From: Candidatus Buchananbacteria bacterium
GTDB taxonomy: Bacteria > Patescibacteriota > Patescibacteriia > 2-01-FULL-39-33
Length of the DNA: 64,000 nt
Assembly: GCA_903859075.1 (NCBI GenBank)
Contig: CAIOLF010000024.1
Span: forward strand, 5,048 to 69,047
Direction of reading: 5' to 3'
The notes beneath the pieces are model-generated. The model had not been told where the DNA came from and ran no database searches. It saw only the letters and a list, made by a program, of their open reading frames with translations. Position 1 is the stretch's first letter. Every line of letters starts with the position of its first letter. Positions 60,085-64,000 of the stretch are shown piece by piece. The translations under genes and the position numbers were made by a program.

Positions 60085-61521
60085 TTATTTCATTTCCCAA
60101 TTTTTATTGAAAATTCCTTCGAAGATATTCAGGCGCGGCTGGAAATTAATCATGACCCGGCCGACTTTCTCATCATTGGCTTCTTTGGCTTCATTGACTT
60201 TCACTGCTTTGACGAATTCTCCGGCGCCGGAAAAAACCGCCGTTTGCTCAGCCGCCGTCTGATAGCTGGGGGCCATGGCCGAAAGGGACATTGGTCCGCC
60301 GGCCTCAGCCGACAATTCACGATAGTAAACGTCATCCAGGGTATATTTTTCTAAGAGATTAAAAAACGTCTGCCAAGTATTTTGATTTTTTATCAGCGAT
60401 CCCAAAGCAGCTAAGCGGCCGTTAAAAACATCCAGCTGCCCTTGCTGCCGCAAATAAGGAGACAGTTGGCTATTTAATTCGACTTTCTGTTTCTGTGCCT
60501 GAGTTATTTGCGCCTCTACTTTGACCTGCTGGTAGTTAATGAAAGAAAAACATCCATAGATGGCCAACGCCGGCAAAATCCAAGCGGCGACGAAAATTAA
60601 TAGCAGCAAAGCGAAACTCGGCTCGCGCTGCTCGTGCTGAATTGGAGGCAGTTTGGCAAGATTGATCCGCACCGCCGACGGCTGAACCGGCGGCGCCTGA
60701 TGATAGCTCGGCTGAACCGGTTTTATGTCCGGCCTATGGCCGTTTTGCGGACGATAAACCGGCGCTGGGCCGGCCATGATTCTGGCATGCTCGCCAGCCA
60801 GATGTAGGCCAGCGACATTTTTCTTTTTTGGCGAAGTAAATAATCCATGAAAGATTTTCCACCAGCTGTCGCGCGGTTCCTTTTTGATCGGTTTAACAAG
60901 TGCTGGCATTGGCGCCGGCAGCGGACGCGGCGGCAAAGAAGCCGGAATGGCAGCTGGCTTAGGGAGTGGCATCGGCTTGGGCGCTTGTGGCTTTCTGGCA
61001 AATAATCTTGCCCAAAAAGATTTCTTCTCCGCCGGCTTGGCATAAGTCTTATAAGGAGCTGGCGGCATTGCCGGACGCGGCGGCTGCTGCTGGAAAAATC
61101 CGTTCTGCGGACGAGCTGGGGCTGGTTGTGCCGGACGCGGCCAGGGTTGCTGCGGCTGCGGCCGCGCCGGATGCTGCTCTCTCGGCCCGGCATAAGCGGC
61201 CTTGGTGAATTCCTGCGGCTTGGCGCCGAACTTGTAATTGAATTGTTTCTTTTTGGAAGCGGCCAATAAATCCATGTCAAAACTTGATTTGAAAACCGCT
61301 GGCGGCGTTTGAAAAGGCAGAGCGACCTTTTTTGGACGCGTGCCAAAAAATTCCTTCAGCCAGGATTTTTTCGGTTTGTCGCTTTCTTTTTTGAGTGCCT
61401 GCTGAACCGGCAAAGGACGGTTAAGCTCAATTCTCTCGATTCTTCTTTGCTTGGCCAGATGCTCCAATTCTTTTTGCTCTCGCCGCCGCAATTCTTCGGG
61501 CAATAAATTTATGTTAGCCAT
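60085..61521 (-). CDS. PilN-like type IV pilus assembly protein with a long Pro/Gln-rich cytoplasmic insertion
   Basis: MANINLLPEEL N-terminus is typical of PilN; about 190-aa low-complexity Pro-rich region; TM segment; C-terminal PilN-like periplasmic domain. Confidence 0.6.
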   Translation of the reverse strand: MANINLLPEELRRREQKELEHLAKQRRIERIELNRPLPVQQALKKESDKPKKSWLKEFFGTRPKKVALPFQTPPAVFKSSFDMDLLAASKKKQFNYKFGAKPQEFTKAAYAGPREQHPARPQPQQPWPRPAQPAPARPQNGFFQQQPPRPAMPPAPYKTYAKPAEKKSFWARLFARKPQAPKPMPLPKPAAIPASLPPRPLPAPMPALVKPIKKEPRDSWWKIFHGLFTSPKKKNVAGLHLAGEHARIMAGPAPVYRPQNGHRPDIKPVQPSYHQAPPVQPSAVRINLAKLPPIQHEQREPSFALLLLIFVAAWILPALAIYGCFSFINYQQVKVEAQITQAQKQKVELNSQLSPYLRQQGQLDVFNGRLAALGSLIKNQNTWQTFFNLLEKYTLDDVYYRELSAEAGGPMSLSAMAPSYQTAAEQTAVFSGAGEFVKAVKVNEAKEANDEKVGRVMINFQPRLNIFEGIFNKNWEMK

Positions 61522-61529
61522 GATATTAA

Positions 61530-62654
61530 TTATTCAATGTCGCGCATCGCCAGTCCCACGGCGACGGCAAAACGCGCTCCGAGACGGTCCAGGATCGGCT
61601 TGAGGTCGGTGGGATAAATAACGCGCGCCCAAGGATCGCCGATATAGGTGTTTATGGACAATACCCGCGACAGATAACCGGTCAGATGCCCTAGGAAAGC
61701 CGTGCCGCCGGTAAGAACTATCTTTTCTACTTTTTTGTTATGATTCTTCTGGTAAAAATCCAAAGTATATTTAATCTCATTAAGTATCGGCTCAAAACTC
61801 TTTTCCACCGTGGATGGCAAAATACTCTCGGAAGTCTCCAGATCAAGCGCCAAATCCTGCTTGAATTGCTCGGCTTTTTCCATAGTAATGTTCAGGTTGG
61901 CGGAAACGGCTTTAGTGATCAGATTGCCGCCGGATTTCAAGCTACGGGTCGCTACCGGCACGCCTTTTTCGATGATGGAAATACTGCTCGTTGTCGCGCC
62001 GAGATCAATCAACATGATAATTGATTTGTCATTGCCGACTAACGCCCGAGCCAGAGCGAAACTTTCCGTTTCCAAGCTCAGCAATCCCATACCCGCTTTG
62101 GCGAAAATATCAATGTATCTTTTGATCACATTCTTGCCGGCGCCGGTGAGTAAGATGCGGACATTTTTTCTGGCTTTGGAATAAATGCGTTTAAAATTAA
62201 GATTCTTTTGCGTGTCTTTGAGGATGTCCTGCGCTTTCTTTTCTTCTTCCTCCGTCAACTCCCCGATTTCCTCGATTATCTTCCAATCCAAAACCACTTC
62301 CTCCAGTGAGGCGGGAATGATTTTTTTTGCCTCCCAGGCAATGGCTTGGGCCAGCTCTTTTTTGGGCATCTCCGGCAAAGTCAGAACGCTGGTAAAAACA
62401 GCGTAATTCGGCAAGGCGGTAATCGCTTTTTTTGACGCCACTTTGGCTTTTTTACAGATATCAACCAGCACGGAAGCCGCTTCGTCAACATTTTCAATCA
62501 AGCCGCTATCGCTGATGTTAGCCGGGTTTTTTTCGGTAAAGCCGTAGGTGACCAGCTTGGGCCGGCCGCCGGCGTTGGCAAGCTCCACTACCTTAATTGA
62601 TGAGGAGCCAAAATCAACGCCTAAATAATTTTTGGGAGAGGAAAATAATCCCAT
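61530..62654 (-). CDS. pilM: PilM type IV pilus assembly ATPase-fold protein
   Basis: actin-like LGVDFGSSSIKVVEL, DLGATTSSISII; precedes pilN. Confidence 0.75.
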   Translation of the reverse strand: MGLFSSPKNYLGVDFGSSSIKVVELANAGGRPKLVTYGFTEKNPANISDSGLIENVDEAASVLVDICKKAKVASKKAITALPNYAVFTSVLTLPEMPKKELAQAIAWEAKKIIPASLEEVVLDWKIIEEIGELTEEEEKKAQDILKDTQKNLNFKRIYSKARKNVRILLTGAGKNVIKRYIDIFAKAGMGLLSLETESFALARALVGNDKSIIMLIDLGATTSSISIIEKGVPVATRSLKSGGNLITKAVSANLNITMEKAEQFKQDLALDLETSESILPSTVEKSFEPILNEIKYTLDFYQKNHNKKVEKIVLTGGTAFLGHLTGYLSRVLSINTYIGDPWARVIYPTDLKPILDRLGARFAVAVGLAMRDIE

Positions 62655-62748
62655 AGATTTTGTTTAAATTTAAACTTATCCACAGAACCTGGTTAAATTA
62701 ATTATAACATAAAAAGGAGAAAAATGAAAAATAGAAATTAAGAAACTA

Positions 62749-62852
62749 ATTCCTCCCCTTTCCAGGGGGAGGTTAGGAGGGGTTATGAAACGAACTCTTG
62801 CCTTGTGACTTTCAAAACCTCCCCTGACCCCTCCTTGGAAAGGAGGGGCATT
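62749..62852. mobile_element. GC-rich palindromic miniature element (copy 2) in the divergent pilM/lemA intergenic region
   Basis: cctcccctttccagggggaggttaggaggggtta ... acctcccctgacccctccttggaaaggaggggca; same CTCCCC-loop-GGGGAG hairpin units as 30721-30821. Confidence 0.6.
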
Positions 62853-62956
62853 AAAAAATCTTTGCCCTAGTTGACTAAAACACAGTAATATTGTAACATT
62901 AATGCAAATATGGCGTAATTTTAACGCCCAATTAATAATCATTTAACCAAAAAATT

Positions 62957-63514
62957 ATGATGACTCCCGTCTGGATCATAATTGCCGTAGTGGCAGTTAT
63001 CGTCCTCTGGCTAATCGCCATTTACAACCGCCTGATCACCCTGAAGAACCGCACTGATGAGGCCTGGTCCGACATCGACGTGCAACTGAAACGGCGCTAT
63101 GACTTGATCCCTAATTTGCTTGAAACCGTAAAGGGCTATGCCACCCACGAACAGGGCACCTTGCAAAAAGTTATTGATGCCCGCAGCGCGGCCATGACCG
63201 CCGGCGGCAGCCGGGAGACTAAGGCCAAAGCGGAAAACGCCTTGTCAGCGACCTTAAAATCAATCTTTGCCTTGGCTGAGAGCTATCCGGATCTGAAGGC
63301 CAACCAGAACTTCATGAAATTGCAGGACGAGCTTTCCGATACGGAAAATAAAATCCAGGCTGCTCGCCGCTTCTACAACGGCAACGTCCGCGACTTCAAC
63401 ATTACTATAGAAGTTTTCCCTAACAATCTCATCAATGGAATGCTGAGATTCAAAAAATACGAATTTTTTGAAGCTAATGAGGAAGAAAAAAAGAATGTGG
63501 AAGTAAAATTCTAA
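62957..63514 (+). CDS. lemA: LemA family membrane protein
   Basis: N-terminal TM segment then NRLITLKNRTDEAWSDIDVQLKRRYDLIPNL, characteristic of LemA. Confidence 0.75.
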   Translation: MMTPVWIIIAVVAVIVLWLIAIYNRLITLKNRTDEAWSDIDVQLKRRYDLIPNLLETVKGYATHEQGTLQKVIDARSAAMTAGGSRETKAKAENALSATLKSIFALAESYPDLKANQNFMKLQDELSDTENKIQAARRFYNGNVRDFNITIEVFPNNLINGMLRFKKYEFFEANEEEKKNVEVKF

Positions 63515-63610
63515 TAACTAGCTTTTAAGAAGTCAGTTTGCTAGCTTTAATAATTTAATAATTATAAGCTAACAAGCTATAAGCTAACAAGCTAAGAAGC
63601 TAATTCCCCT

Positions 63611-64000
63611 ATGCATATCACTGAACGCTTTTCCAACAACTTCAAAAATTCCCTCAAGGCCGGGGCGGATCTCGCGCTGGAGCTGGGCCATGCCCGAATC
63701 GAGCCGGAGCACATACTCTATGGACTGGCCAGCCAAAAAGGCAGCGTCGGCGCCCAGCTGCTCGCCGCTCTAGCCAAAAAATCCTCTGACGTCAAAGACT
63801 TTATCAGCAAGAACCAAACGCCAATAAACAGTAGCATCCTGCCTGACTTCTCTCCCTCAGCTAGACAATTGATCCAAAAAGCGATTAAAATCGCCTACCT
63901 GAATAATCATCGTTATGTCGGCACGGAACATCTTTTAGCGGCGCTTATGGAAACAAACGATGACCGCCTGAAAAGTATTTTCCGCCTGGCCGAAATTCAA
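63611..64000 (+). CDS. Clp ATPase (ClpB/ClpC-type) N-terminal domain; 3' end outside the window
   Basis: two Clp_N repeats (LELGHARIEPEHILYGLA ; NHRYVGTEHLLAALM). Confidence 0.6.
   Translation, partial: MHITERFSNNFKNSLKAGADLALELGHARIEPEHILYGLASQKGSVGAQLLAALAKKSSDVKDFISKNQTPINSSILPDFSPSARQLIQKAIKIAYLNNHRYVGTEHLLAALMETNDDRLKSIFRLAEIQ

Noticed and set aside
60723-61346. 207-aa alternative-frame ORF inside pilN
   Set aside because: Arg/Ser-rich translation of the Pro-rich pilN segment in another frame. The PilN frame is continuous and carries the NLLP start and a TM segment.

Overview
This 64-kb window is AT-rich with AT-rich intergenic spacers. Its gene content is compatible with a small-genome, Gram-positive-like bacterium of the candidate-phyla (Patescibacteria/CPR) type, though that placement is an inference. 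Most of the window is a minus-strand housekeeping backbone: dnaG-rpoD, gatCA, hrcA-grpE-dnaK...dnaJ with a canonical CIRCE operator, greA, mreBCD-mrdA, an archaeal-type proS, rseP, frr, holB, a second mreB, a glycosyltransferase/envelope cluster, ligA and a type IV pilus cluster (pilM/N/O, response regulator, pilin, pilD). Plus-strand genes include gyrB, lemA and a clpB/C N-terminus. tRNA-Ser(GGA) and tRNA-Glu(CTC) are present. The main finding is a diversity-generating retroelement (DGR) at about 30.2-32.9 kb that can be verified from the sequence alone. It has a 123-bp template repeat (TR) and a variable repeat (VR) that differ at 23 positions, all adenine-specific on the coding strand. The VR sits at the 3' end of a GC-rich 233-aa target gene. 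The DGR-type reverse transcriptase (GNLTSQ and YADD motifs) is split by a roughly 100-bp GC-rich palindromic, G4-capable miniature element, and a second copy of that element lies at 62.75 kb. An Avd-like gene lies antisense to the RT and depends on a C9 homopolymer for its reading frame. Other notable items: an HgdC/HgdB/DUF2229-like activase-dehydratase trio embedded in the dnaK heat-shock operon; a MoaA-like radical-SAM gene translationally coupled to GT4 glycosyltransferases; a 615-aa tandem-repeat protein downstream of rpoD; a family of AT-rich palindromic intergenic repeats; an ATACTAAT octamer array; an 18-nt duplication of the tRNA-Glu 3' end; GC-rich compositional islands; and G9-10 homopolymer tracts in coding strands. 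No CRISPR array, rRNA or intact transposase was seen.
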